A DNA stretch of 64,000 nt from Octopus sinensis. Taxonomy: Eukaryota. Below the pieces are notes generated by a model. That model saw only the letters and a list, made by a program, of their open reading frames with translations. It ran no database searches and was not told the DNA's origin. The DNA lies in NCBI RefSeq assembly GCF_006345805.1, contig NC_043010.1, positions 50,282,001-50,346,000 of the forward strand, in the 5' to 3' direction. The position numbers were made by a program, and so were the translations under genes. Shown piece by piece: positions 13,303 to 25,965 of this stretch (its first letter is position 1; every line of letters starts with the position of its first letter).

Positions 13303-13823
13303 CCCCTTGACAACGGTTGACGCAAATATGAGATCAAACTTTTGCTTGCCTACCCATGGTTAACGTAAATATATGATGTAGAGCCGCCCTACATCTATCA
13401 TGGACTTTTTAGCGGCTGACGTATGTTTACGTTCGCTATTGTGTACTTTATCTCTTGAGTTGCGAGCGCTTGCTGTCCCGTGCATTATCTTAGCTATTCT
13501 AGGTTATGTTCAAGTCATGAGACTAGCAGTAGACCAATGACATGCGGATACTTTACATGCATAACACTGTGTTTTGAGTTGTACCACACGCAAGCTATTT
13601 TTTTAACTTGAACAGAATAACTTGTGCGTATCATATTATGATAAATAGTTTCACATAGTTTGTTTTCATAAACCGGTAGACATAAATATACGACGCTATG
13701 TTATTGTAACAGTGAATGTAAATAGACGTGAGCTTGTTGGCACTTGTGTGTTTGTGTGGCCTCATTAGATAAAAAAACCGGAGCAGTGTCTCACATGCTT
13801 CAGGTAGTACTGGCATCAAGGGG
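13303..13823. mobile_element. piggyBac-like non-autonomous element
   Basis: TTAA|CCCCTTGA ... TCAAGGGG|TCAA (TIRs with one decayed TTAA TSD). Confidence 0.65.
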
Positions 13824-13910
13824 TCAAACAGCAAAATAATAAATAAAAATATTTAAAAATTCAAGCAATAAATATATACATATATGTACATATCCATATT
13901 GGATGCTTAC

Positions 13911-14100
13911 CTTAGAATAATCTGCAAAACCAGTTAAAATGACCATAATGTGTTCAGCGATGTGTGAGCCAGCATCTAATGGTACGGGGAGGCAGTAAAT
14001 AGATTCAGATCCTTCTGTAACTGCTGTATGGGTTAAAGATCCAATTAGGATCCAACTTAATAAACGAATATGACTTACACAGTCTATGAATTCTTTTGGT
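13911..14100 (-). CDS. unc79: unc-79 exon (PKEFIDCVSHIRLLSWILIGSLTHTAV...PLDAGSHIAEHIMVILTGFADYSK)
   Basis: PKEFI.CVSHIRLLSW.L.GSLTH motif; canonical splice sites, phase 2 to 0. Confidence 0.97.
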
Positions 14101-14152
14101 CTGAAAGAAGAAAAAGAAATTTAAAATGTTTTAGTAATTTGACAGATGGTTA

Positions 14153-14375
14153 AGGGGGTGAGCTGGCAGAATCATTAGCATGCCAGCAAAATGCTTTGTG
14201 GTATTTCGTCGGCCGTTACATTCTGAGTTCAAATTCCGCCGAGGTCAACTTTGCCTTATATCCTTTCGGAGTCGATAAATTAAGTACCAGTTACACACTG
14301 GGGGCGATGTAATCGACTTAATCCCTTTGTCTGTCCCCTCTATGTCTAGCTCTTTGTGGGCAATAAAGAAATAAG
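14153..14375 (+). mobile_element. tRNA-derived SINE family B (other copies about 35060-35285, 35904-36140, 40275-40470 plus; 25620-25822, 27130-27340, 39140-39348, 45372-45600 minus)
   Basis: gagctggcagaa..ttagc..gagttcaaattcc..gaggtcaactttgcc..aagtaccag conserved across copies. Confidence 0.8.
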
Positions 14376-14555
14376 ATGGTTGATATAGTTGAAATCTTTT
14401 TTCTTTTTGTTTTCTTTTTTACTACTTTGTCCAGATAGGAAGCTCAATACAAACTCCTACTTTTATGCTTCTTTCTTTCTATCCCCTTGTTCTTTTATTC
14501 CCTTCCTCTATGTCATCATCTTATTAATACATGCCATTCTCATTTTCCCTATTTT

Positions 14556-14609
14556 TCCCTGATGACGGAATATCCCATACTCAGGGATATCCCAGAAACA
14601 GCTGTAAGA
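14556..14609 (+). ncRNA. Type-I hammerhead ribozyme, stem I partly decayed
   Basis: CTGATGA, stem II ggaatatccc/gggatatcc, GAAAC-agct-GTA (palindromic acagctgt); first stem I pair is a C.A mismatch. Confidence 0.6.
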
Positions 14610-15408
14610 TTTTGAATTTCTTCCTATAATAATACTGTATACGACTTGAGATGTTTGCCTTGCCTTAATGTTTGCTATCCTGTTTAACAATTATATATCT
14701 GCTGCATCGGAAATCTGCAATGTCACCATAACTACCGTCTCAGCTATAACCTTGGAGCCCCAGTAATCCGTTACAGCACTTACCTAGCATACCTAATCAT
14801 TTAGATCACCTGTGAATTAAACCCCCATACTTTGTGTGTGTGTGTGTATATATATGTGTATGTATCTATGTGTGTGAGCCTTTGTGTCCATGTTTGTTCC
14901 CCCCATCATTGTTTGATAACCAGCGTTGGTGTGTTTACATCTCTGTAACTTAGCAGTTTGGGAATAAGAGACTGATAGAATAAGTACTGGAGTTGATTCG
15001 TTCAACTAAAAACTTTTCAAGGTGGTGCTCCAGCCTGACCACAGTCAAATGACTGAAACCAGTGAAATAATGAAAGAAATAATAAAAGAATATGTGTGCG
15101 TGTGCGTCAGTGTTTGTCCCCCTTGCCCACCACTTAGCAACCACTGTTGGTTTGTTTATGTCCTCTTAAGTTGGTGGTTTGGCAAAAAGAGACTGATAGA
15201 AGAACAGCCACACTTAAAGCGGCAACTAAGTACTGGGATCAATCCATTTGAGTAAAACCTTTCAAAGGGTTGCCCCAGCATGACTGCAAGTCATGTGACT
15301 GAAACAAGCAAGTGATGGAAGATACCAGTTCCTTGCTTCCCATACCCCAGAGTAGAAAAATCTATAGCCTGAATAAAAGTGGAGGAAGTGGACATTTCAT
15401 CAACCTAC

Positions 15409-15578
15409 CCTTGTTGCATAGCTGACGGTGGATGATAAAGCCAAGGAAGGTAGCGTGCAATGGCCTTGTTTTCTCGGCCATTGCTTTTGGTAATTTCCAG
15501 TGCGATGTACTGTGCAATGCCAGACTTTAACTGGCTACCAAGTGTGTCTTCATTTAGTGCACCTCCTTTCATAGTACT
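15409..15578 (-). CDS. unc79: unc-79 exon (STMKGGALNEDTLGSQLKSGIAQYIALEITKSNGRENKAIARYLPWLYHPPSAMQQG)
   Basis: RYLPWLYHPPSAMQQG matches the conserved UNC79 C-terminal motif as I recall it. Confidence 0.97.
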
Positions 15579-17158
15579 CTAGCAGAGAAGAAATAAAAAA
15601 AGAATTGGAATAAAATTGAACTGTTAAATGCAGTATACAACATAGACAATGTCATCAAAATCACCATCATCATCAAAATGTTATCGTCATCATTATCCTC
15701 ATCAAAATTACCATGATCATGATGATGATCATCATCATCATCATCATTAAAATTACCATAATTATGATGATGATGATGATCATCATCATCATGTTTCTAA
15801 CCACCAGCACCACCACTACTACCATCACTACTGTGCTGGCAGGAATTGAATGATTTGACAAGATCCAAAGGATTTAAGGACCACATTGTGCTCTAGTGTC
15901 TGCTTTGACATAGTTCCTATAGATGGCTGCCCTTCCTAATGCCAGCCACTTTAGTGAATGTACAATGTGCCTTTTTTCGTGATACTGACACCAGTGATAT
16001 CACCATATGGCTTGCAAGACTACTAAAACTAGATTTGTGAGGGTAGCTATATGCTAGGAAATGAGGGTTAAAGTATGGGAGAAGAGGGTTCCCCACCCCA
16101 TCATTTGAAAAAAAGATGCTGGTTTGTTTATGGCACTGTAACTTAGTAGATTGGCAAAAGAAACCATGCTTCAAAATAATAAGTACTAGGGTATATTTGT
16201 TCAACTAAGTAGTTGTATGGTAAGAAGCTTGCTTCCACACCACATGGTTCTGGGTTCAGTCCCACTGTGTCAAACCTTGAGTGTTATCTACACTAGCTTT
16301 GGGGAAACCAAAGCCTTGTGAGTGGATTTGGTGGAGGGAAACTGAAAGATGCCTATCACATATGAGTTCCTTTATGTGGAAGAGTGTAGACTCAAAACGT
16401 TAAAGACTTTTTTACTTCCCGAGCAATAAACTAATATATCTGTTTGTTGTCTACACCACCTGCCTTCATCTTTTGTTTTTTTGTGAATTCTCCCTATATA
16501 TATATCACCATCATTTAACATCCGCTTTCCATGCTGGCATGGGTTGGACAATTTGACTGAGGACTGGCAAACCAGATGGCTGCAACAGGTTCCAATCTGA
16601 TCTGGCAGAGTTTCTACAGCTTGATGCCCTTTCTAATGCCAACCACTCCGAGAGTGTAGTGGGTGCTTTTACATGCCACCGGCACGAGGGCCAGTCTGGC
16701 GGTACTGGCAACGGCCATGCTCAAATGGTGCTTTTTACGTGCCACCTGCATAGGAGTCAGTCCAGTAGCACTGGCAACGACCTTGCTCAAATGTTATATA
16801 TATAGGTGTGTGTATGTGTCCTTCTATTTCTGTTTGTCTGCACAACTGCTTGACAACAGATGTTGGTGTGTTTACATCCCTTTAACTTAGCAGTTTGGCA
16901 ATAAAGCCCAATACAATATGTATCAGGCTCACAAAAAATAATTCTTGGGGTCAAGTTATTTTACTAAAAGTTGTTCATGGTGGTGCCTCAACATGGCCAG
17001 AGACTAATGACTGAAACAAGTAAAAGATAAACGAAAAAAGTGGTGTCCCAGCATAGCCACTGTCCAGTGACTAAAACAAATAAAAGATAGAAGGTCAATC
17101 AACGGCAACAATGACAAAAAGAGTGTTAGTGAAGGAAAAAAAAAACGTTAATACCAAC

Positions 17159-17341
17159 CTTGACTTTTGTAAGGGTGTGTAAGTCTGAGATGAACTCTAC
17201 ACAGTCATTGAGGTATTGTTTCATGCAGTCAGCTACGCAGGTACTGGTTAACATTTGCGATTGGGACTTGAATAACATACATACATCATTGTTTACAATG
17301 TTTGAAGGGCAGATTGTACCACCAGCATCCAGAACAACAAA
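17159..17341 (-). CDS. unc79: unc-79 exon (FVVLDAGGTICPSNIV...DCMKQYLNDCVEFISDLHTLTKVK)
   Basis: D.HTLTK.K motif; tag acceptor, aag|gttggt donor, 183 nt, phase 0-0. Confidence 0.94.
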
Positions 17342-17352
17342 CTACAACAAAA

Positions 17353-17387
<35 letters not shown>

Positions 17388-18245
17388 GCCCTGATGCAGT
17401 ACCAGGCAGTGACTCTTGTGGCTGCTGATCTTAACTGATTGGAAGTGTTATCATGCACATGGTATTGTCTTGGTATAAAAGATGGGCTACAGCAAATATT
17501 CTGCTCAATACCACAGATTTGCTTGTCAGTTGTTTGACCTTAACCAGTTGAGCATGTCCCTTAGTGGCTGACAATATGTGCATCTCTGATCGTGAGCAGA
17601 AGTAGTGGGGGAGCATCATAGCATCATAGTTGAGAGAGATTCTTTGAGGTTTAACTAATTCACCTCTGGAAACATGGGTGTTTTGTTCAACATCCTTAAA
17701 CAACCCTTATTCAGGGATCTTTTGAGCAGGATGGGTTATTCGACCAGAAGAAAATTCTACCACATAGCTTTGAGATTTTGATGACGTGATTGTTTATTTT
17801 TAGAATGACATTGTAAGGTAGGTGTGAGAAGCCACCATTTGGCTGGATTTAACATAAAGCAAGGAGAACATTTGGGCCAGATATACCTGGTTTAATTACT
17901 AAAGGATTAAAGTAGCTCGCCATCTCAGACATTTAAGCATATTCTCATATACATGTATTCAAATGTTTGTTTTGCAGACATAAACCCATTAAGCCTTTTG
18001 TTACCAACCTACCTTAAACCATTCCAGGTTCTATGACATAAACTTACTGTTTTAAAGTGGTTTAAATTAGAATCTTCCATCAATATTTCATGCCAAATTG
18101 TTCCAGGCCCCAGCTTAATAATTAGAAAGTTAATTTACTAAATTCTTCCTTAATTTTTAAAATAAATTGAAACAAAGGCAGCATATTTTAACAGGATTAT
18201 GGTAACAAAATTGTTAACAAAAAATAATAATAATTCTTTACTTAC

Positions 18246-18350
18246 TTGAACTAGTGACAACAAATTTTCATCTGGTAAACTCTGTTTGAACTTGAGAGCT
18301 TGCACCAATTCCAAGATCACAGTCCGTGTGAGGAACAGTTTGTCCCTTTC
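18246..18350 (-). CDS. unc79: unc-79 exon (ERDKLFLTRTVILELVQALKFKQSLPDENLLSLVQ)
   Basis: Resembles recalled UNC79 ERDK..L.R.V.LEL.QALK.K..LPD.NLL.LVQ; aag acceptor, caa|gtaag donor. Confidence 0.95.
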
Positions 18351-20093
18351 CTTAAAGGGAAGAAGAAAAATATTTAGAAAGTTTACTTTAGAACTGGACC
18401 AAAATAAGCAAAAGGCTATTTTCTTTAATACTCTTTTACTCTTTTACTTGTTTCAGTCATTTGACTGTGGCCGTGCTGGAGCACCACCTTTAGTCGAGCA
18501 AATCGGCCCCAGGACTTATTCTTTGTAAGCCTAGTACTTATTCTATTGGTCTCTTTTGCCGAACCGCTAAGTTAGTGGTTCAGCAAAAGATACCGACAGA
18601 ATAAGTACTAGATTTACAAAGAATAACACCTGGGGTCAATTTGTTCAACTAAATCTCCTTTTAACACACCAGCATCGGTTGTCAAGCGATGTTGGGGGAA
18701 CAAACAGACACACAAACATATACACACACATACACACTCGACTAGCTTCCGTGCCGGTGGCACATAAAATACACCAATCCGACCGTGGCCGTTGCCAGCC
18801 TCGCCTGGCACCTGAGCAGGTGGCACGTAAAAAGCACCCACTACATTCACGGAGTGGTTGGTGTTAGGAAGGGCATCCAGCTGTAGAAACATTGCCAGAT
18901 AAGACTGGAGCCTGGTGCAGCCTTCTGGCTTCCCAGATCCCTGGTCGAACCATCCAACCCATGCTAGCATGGAGAACGGACGTTAAACGATGATGATGAT
19001 GATGATGATGATACACATATATACGATGGGCTTCTTTCAGTTTCCGTCTACCAGATCCACTCACAAGGCTTTGGTCGGCCCGAGGCTACAGTAGAAGACA
19101 CTTGCCCAAGGTGCCACGCAGTGGGAGTGAACTTGGAACCATGTGGTTGGTAAGCAAGCTACTTACCACACAGCCACTCCTAGTGCAAACCATTTTTTGG
19201 TTATTATGCAGTATTTTCTCGTATAACTACTTTCAGAATTTATTGACCCTTCTTCATACTGCTCCACGTGAAATAACTCATTACACCCTGTCTCTTCTGC
19301 AACTCACCATGTTCCTCCTTCAGAACAATCATATTTGATGCCTAAAAAGATGTGCTTCAGTTTATGGCAAAGTTCATTCTTGAAAAAAAATTACAATTCA
19401 GGTTTTAGGGTTGTGTGGTAACAATTTTGTTTCACAACCACATGATTCTGGGTTCAGTCCCATTACATGGCACTTTGGGTAAGTGCCTTCTACTATAGCC
19501 CTGGACTGATTAAACCCTTGTGAGTAGATTTGGCAGGCGGAAACTGAAAGAAGCCTATCCCATGTATATGTATACGTGAAAAGCACCCATTGCAGCCTTG
19601 AAGCGGCAGGTGTTAGGAAGGGCATCCAGCCAACTCAGAAACCATGCCAAATCAGACTGGAACCTGCCCTCTTGCTTTCCAGTTCCAGTCAAACCGTCTA
19701 ATGCATGCTAACATGGAAAGTCAATGTTGATGATGATGATGATGATGATGATAACGATGTGTGTGTGTATGCATGTGAATGTGTGTGTGTGTATGCGTGT
19801 GTGTGTGCATGTGTTACCTTCTAAGAAAAAGTCTGAAACCACTGGTCCAGGAGTTAGATGGTAAATGTTTTTATTTTTCATTCCCTTCGAAATTTTATTC
19901 CTAATAGTGGTTTGGAATTTAACTGTCCTCTCTAGCGTGCAAAGAGCCCTATGATGGATGTCTCTTATGTGTTTATAAGTATACTGTATCTATATGACTA
20001 ATATATAGTCTACTGACTAAATTTTTACACGCTAGGCCACTGGTAATGGAAATTTTTAATACCTCTGATTACCCTTTGATATTATTAATTATA

Positions 20094-20143
<50 letters not shown>

Positions 20144-20479
20144 CCTTTGTGTTTGCATTTGTCTGCCATCACCACTTGACAACTGGTGTTGGTTTGTTTA
20201 CATTACAATAACTTACCAGTTTAGCAAAAGAGATTGACAGAATAAGTACTAGTGAAACAAAAAACAAAAAACAAAAACAAACTAAGTACTAGGCTTGGTT
20301 TGTTTGACTAAATCCGTCAAGGCAGTGCTCCAGAATGACCGCAGTCCAATAAATGAAGCAAATAAAATTAAAAGGTGAAAGATAAACTTTTTACTGTTTC
20401 ATAAAACAATTTTAATGTAAATTTACTATTTTTATCATTTAGATATCTGATGTGGTATACAGACTTTGATTAACAAATG

Positions 20480-20680
20480 TCAATAGTATTCAGCACTGCG
20501 CAATGAGTTACAATATGTGAACACTGGACCAGGGAGACAAATGTAATATTTTGATAAGTTTTGGCCTTGACTTTTGTTAATTGCCAACACAAATGCAGAC
20601 CTGATAAGGATTTGGCGTCTTTTTAAAGTAAGTGACAAATCTGTACAGGATGATTGTAGACTGATATGAAGAATCATCAA
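20480..20680 (-). mobile_element. Helitron PIF1-type helicase relic
   Basis: LKRRQILIRSAFVLAINKSQGQNLSKYYICLPGPVFT corresponds to the RRQFP..AFAMTINKSQGQTL..P.PVF motif. Confidence 0.75.
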
Positions 20681-22002
20681 AGCACTCTTTTATTTGTTTC
20701 AGTCATTTGACTGTGGCCATGCTGGAGCACCACCTTTAGTCAAGCAAATCGACCCCAGAACTTATTCTTTGTAAACCTAGTACTTATTTTATCGGTCTCT
20801 CTTGCTGAGCCGCTAAGTGACGGGGACGTAAACACACCAACATCGGTTGTCAAGCGATGTTGGGGGGACAAACACAGACACACACACATATACATATGCA
20901 TGTATACGACGGGCTTCTTTCAGTTTCCATCTACCAAATCCACTCACAAGGCTTTGGTTGGCCTGAGGCTATAGTAGAAGACACTTGCCCAAGGTGCCAT
21001 GCAGTGGGACTGAACCCAGAACCATGTGGTTGGTAAGCAAGCTATTTACCATGCAGCCACTCCTGCACCTGCTTACCACACAGCCACTCCTGCACCTGCT
21101 TACCACACAGCTACTCCTGCACCTATGTTCAACTTCAACACAAATAATTTTACTTGCTTCCCAACCACATGGTTTCAGGTTCAGTTCCACTGTATGGTAC
21201 CTTGTGCAAGTGTCTTCTTCTATAGCACCAGGCTAACCAAAGCTTTGCGAGTGGATTTGGTAGGTGGAAACTGAAAGAAGCCAATTGTATGTATGTATGT
21301 GCATGCATGTGCACATGCATGTGTGTGTGGGCATGCAAGTGCATGTGTGTGTGTGTGTGCATGTGTGTGTGTTATTATATCCTTTTCTTGTCTTCATGTG
21401 GTATTTGTAAACGAATGCCGCCCACATGCAAACAGTTCCCTTTGTTTCCAATCTTCCATGGAAATATGTCTGGTCATGGTGAAATATTACCTCACTTGGA
21501 AACAGGTGAGGGTTAGTGACAGGAAGGGTATCCAGCTGTGGAAAATCTGCTTCAAAAATTCCATCCAACACATGCAAAAAGGAAAAAGGGGGACATTAAA
21601 GATGATGAAGATGATGATGATACACAGACACACACATATATTATTCTGCTTAGGCATGGCAAGACTAATAGCCTAATGTAGAACTCAATATACATATGTG
21701 TCAGAACGAATCATTAGTCGAGTACACACACACACACACACGAGGGTTGATTCATATGAAAAAGTAAGTGAACAAAATGAAATACTTAAAGAAAATATTG
21801 CATAGCAATGATGGCAGGTGAATCAAATATACTGTAGTTCATTGTAGGATATAAACAATATGACCACTTGCTTATCAGGAAATTTTTAAGCTTGATTTAA
21901 AAAAAAAATTTTAATGTTTTTCTTTAAAGTATTATAGTATTTACACTCCAGTGAAATCAAGAAATCAACTCATAAATAAACAAAACCCTCAAATCCATCA
22001 CT

Positions 22003-22037
<35 letters not shown>

Positions 22038-22276
22038 CACATATCTATGTATGTATTTATGTATGTTTGAAGATAATCAAACCAAATTTTCACCATTTCG
22101 AGCCACTCACCCAATGAGTATTTTCTGCCAAATTTGATGAAAATCCATTCAATCATTTTCCAGTAATTTTGCAAACACACAGACCAAGATCAGTGATTAA
22201 GCTTTTGCTTACATGCACAGGGTAATGAAGGTCATATAGTAATGCTTATTCCTTTGTCATCTTATTTTCTTATTTT

Positions 22277-22331
<55 letters not shown>

Positions 22332-22430
22332 GAACAAGATAGTAAGATGAACTAAGTAACCACTCTATTTCTTCTTTACTTTATTATTATAATCTTTTCT
22401 TTTTTAAATACCATAATATTAAGAACTTAC

Positions 22431-22541
22431 CTTCCCCATTGTACGGCTGCACAGGGAACATATGTCGATAATCTGCTGAAGTTTAAATGAACAATTCTGG
22501 ATGGTAAAACTCATCACTTTTGAAAATGGTTCAAGGATTCC
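22431..22541 (-). CDS. unc79: unc-79 exon (GILEPFSKVMSFTIQNCSFKLQQIIDICSLCSRTMGK)
   Basis: LEPFSK..SF.IQN motif; poly-T plus tag acceptor, aag|gtaag donor. Confidence 0.95.
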
Positions 22542-23033
22542 CTAAAAAAAAAAGAGAGAAAGAGCAAGTGAAGAATTTGTTTCTATGAGATTAAAAAGAA
22601 AGTCAGATAGAACATTAGAGAGAGAGAGAGAGAGAGAGAGGTGGAGGAGAATATCTTATGATTCACATTCAAAAATTTATGTTGGGTCACAGAACATTCT
22701 AAATTTCATAATTCTAGTTTTTATGGACATGTATGAGCCTCTAGGACAGAATGGTTAAAATACTTAAAATATCTTTAAACCCATGTGTATTTTAACAACA
22801 AGCTCGTAATACAAATTGTAACCAAAAAATGCATGGTTGTGTAGTTAAAAAGTTTGCCTTGTAACCGGGTGATTCTGTGTTCAGTCTCACAGCGCAACAT
22901 CTCAGGCAAGTAAATCCAATTTTATAGTAAAATATTATATAATATTAATTCGAGACAAAACCACTATTTTGCAAAACAAACAAGGAAAGACTTAATAAAT
23001 ACATAAAAATTTTTAATATAAAGAAATAAACCG

Positions 23034-23076
23034 CCACTACAATCGTTTCATGTCTTCAATGACATTCGTCAGGTGG
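23034..23076 (-). ncRNA. Minimal type-I hammerhead ribozyme, sense to unc-79 pre-mRNA
   Basis: CCAC-CTGACGA-ATGTC-attgaa-GACAT-GAAAC-gatt-GTA-GTGG; stems I and II perfect, core intact. Confidence 0.85.
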
Positions 23077-23553
23077 ATTTTCGATCTAAATATTATATAT
23101 ATATATATATATTCTTTTACTTGTTTTGGTCATTTAACTGCAGTCATGCTGGAGCACAACCTTAAAAGGAGATTTAGTCGAACAAATTGACCCCAGGGGT
23201 TATTCTTTGTAAATCTAGTACTTATTCTGTCGGTGTCTTTTGCTGAACCGCTAAGTTATGGGGATGTAAACACACCAGCATCAGTTGTCAAGTGATGGTG
23301 TGTATGTGTGTGTGTGTGAGTGAACTGAGACACAAACACACAAATATATATATATACAACAGGCTTCTTTCGGTTTCTCTCTGCCAAATCCACTCACAAG
23401 GCATTATTCAGCCTGAGGCTATAGTAGAAGACACCCAAGGTGCCATGCAGTGGTACTGAACCTGGAAAAATGTAGTTGGGAAGCAGGCTTCTTACCGCAT
23501 AGCCATGCCTGCATGTATGTATGTATGTATGTATGTATGTATGTATGTGTGTA

Positions 23554-23602
<49 letters not shown>

Positions 23603-23833
23603 ATATCTGGACTTAAAAGATATATGCTAGTTCACAAAAACATTCCTTCAGAATCAGATTCCAAAGCGCAAGGATGCAGAAGAAACTTGAATAATATTTG
23701 TCACTTGTGTTTTAAACCCTGTCAGTCAGCAAAGTCATCTCAGGACTCATCAACAGAGTGATTGTGCCATGTGATGGGGTGTGGTATGTGTGTTGATAGG
23801 ACAGCTATCATCTGTCAAGATGAAGAAATCATC

Positions 23834-23865
<32 letters not shown>

Positions 23866-23923
23866 ATGAGTGAGTAGACAAATGAAAGAAGGGCACTCAA
23901 CACATTTATTGGGAGTTACATGT

Positions 23924-24082
23924 ATGGATCAAAACAGTTTGAATCTAACTCCTTGGTACTCTGAGTTTCAAGTGTGATACTAATCTTTGGTCATTGGAGT
24001 CTGAATCTGACTCCAATGGCCGAAGATTAGCATCATGCTTGAAACTCAGAGTACCAAGGAGTTTGAATCTGTTTTGATCCAT
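23924..24082. repeat. Palindrome, arms about 75 bp, 7-nt loop
   Basis: atggatcaaaacag...cattggagtc-tgaatct-gactccaatg...ctgttttgatccat. Confidence 0.9.
24017..24056 (+). ncRNA. Hammerhead-like motif (CCGAAGA core variant) in the right arm of a palindrome
   Basis: TGG-CCGAAGA-tt-AGCA-tca-TGCT-t-GAAAC-tcaga-GTA-CCA; decayed mirror copy at 23954-23993 on the minus strand. Confidence 0.5.
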
Positions 24083-24113
24083 GAATATATATCATCATCA
24101 TCATCATATATAT

Positions 24114-24145
<32 letters not shown>

Positions 24146-24274
24146 ATATATATATATATAACTTTAGATTCGTTCAAATAACATTGCAATCTATCATAGA
24201 TAAAGAACTTTCTCATTTATGGTAATGATATAAACAGACTATTATCAGCCAGCACGCTGGCATCCTCTCTTGGA

Positions 24275-24318
24275 CTCCTAGATGCATTTCTGGCATGTTA
24301 TGCCTTCTTCAGTAGAAG
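24275..24318 (-). ncRNA. Minimal type-I hammerhead ribozyme, sense to unc-79 pre-mRNA
   Basis: CTTCTA-CTGAAGA-a-GGCA-taaca-TGCC-a-GAAA-tgca-TC-TAGGAG; single-pair stem III with palindromic TGCA loop. Confidence 0.8.
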
Positions 24319-24607
24319 ATACCAAAGAAAGATAACTCTGAGTTGATTAGGAAGCCATAGCTTTATAATAAATCGGTCAATGCTAGTGACTGATTTGCAC
24401 TTGTAGACTGGCTGATCTGAACAAATACATTTGCAGTGACAGGAAATAAACAAACATATTTGAACTAACCTAAAGCTACACACACACAAACACACATACA
24501 CATACATACACTCACACACAAACACACACTTACAAACACACACACTCATGCACATGTAACAGTAATATAAAGTAAAAAGCAAGTGAAAAAACAGATAAAA
24601 AACTTAC

Positions 24608-24847
24608 CCGGACATTTGTAATTCCAGGGATTTTTAAAATGGAAATCATAATGCGTAAAATAGAAGTAGTATCACATGGATTTGGCAAAACTAGAGGAAG
24701 ATGACGGAAAAAAATCTCAAATTGAGTGAGAATGTTAGGCCATAGTGGGGAGGAAGTTTCCAATGGGATGCAGTTTAGGTAAGTGGCCAAATTACTCAGA
24801 AGTAGCATGATGTTCTCAGATGGAAGTGTTTTTTTGTTGTTTAAGCC
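24608..24847 (-). CDS. unc79: unc-79 exon (GLNNKKTLPSENIMLLLSNLATYLNCIPLE...ILKIPGITNVR)
   Basis: GLNNKK.LP motif; 240 nt, phase 0-0; cgg|gtaag donor. Confidence 0.94.
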
Positions 24848-25879
24848 CTGGAATTATATATAATATATGTATATATTGCATAAGTAATAACCATCATAAG
24901 TGCAACAATTCATATAATAAAAATAACAATAGCAGCAATAATAATAATAATAATAAAAGATGTACAGGTGTGAATAGTTGTAGGGCTAGGTGGTATTTAT
25001 TACAAATGATGGTAAGTGTTGGTGGTGTGGCTCATGTACAATGGTATGAGTTTTGTAATCCACAATTTTCCTAACCCAGTGTTAACTGGATTATGTAATT
25101 GTAACAAGAAACTTAAATGCCCATTAGAAAATAAATGACTAATGAAAAACGTTGCATAAAAATGTAACATTAAAACTAATTTACATACTTTCACATATGT
25201 GGTGGGTTCCACATCTTCCACTTTTAGATCAAGATTACATAATTATTTTCATACATTTAGAAGACGAGATAAAGTGGAAATAACATTGCTCTCCATGAAG
25301 GTGTGAGTGTTAAAGGACAAAACTGTCCATTTTCACTTAACATGGAACTTTGCTAGACATACTAAGCCTTTTGTTAGTGATAAAAATGGTTGCAATCTCT
25401 GCTGTTTGGAATTGCTGAAAATTTTTAAATGCACAAGTGATGTGCATTTTAAATCAGATGAATTTAGGATGTCAGCAAAGTCAGCCTCAGTGGCATTTGA
25501 TCATATGAACATATAAAATGTAAAGTCAGAAAAAAATGCAGCTAAACATTTCGTCTGGCACAGAAATAATCCTGCTGCCACCTTACTACTACTACTACTA
25601 ATTTACATATTGGTTTCAAATTTTGGCAGAAGGCCAGTGATATTGGGGGAATGCGTAAGTCAATTACATTGATTCCAGTGCTCAACTGATATTTATTTTA
25701 TCAACCCCAAAATGATGAAAGGCAAAGTCGACTGTGGTGGAATTTGAACTCAGAACGTAGAAAGGGACGAAATGCTGCTAAGCATCTTGCCCGGTGTTGT
25801 AACGAATCTGTCAGTTCACCACCTTTACTACTGTACATATTGATAACAAACAATATATAAAATACACATAAAATTATAC

Positions 25880-25965
25880 CTCCAGAAGAAGCTGCATCGG
25901 TGTATGGCATGTGAGTTCATTAAAGTCAATAAGAGCAGATGCCATCGTCTTCCAAAAGTTTGTAT
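25880..25965 (-). CDS. unc79: unc-79 exon (DTNFWKTMASALIDFNELTCHTPMQLLLE)
   Basis: ttcag acceptor, gag|gtata donor, phase 1 to 0; DFNEL motif. Confidence 0.92.

Noticed and set aside
21044-21124. 27-bp triple tandem repeat
   Set aside because: Simple local duplication of a SINE family A head
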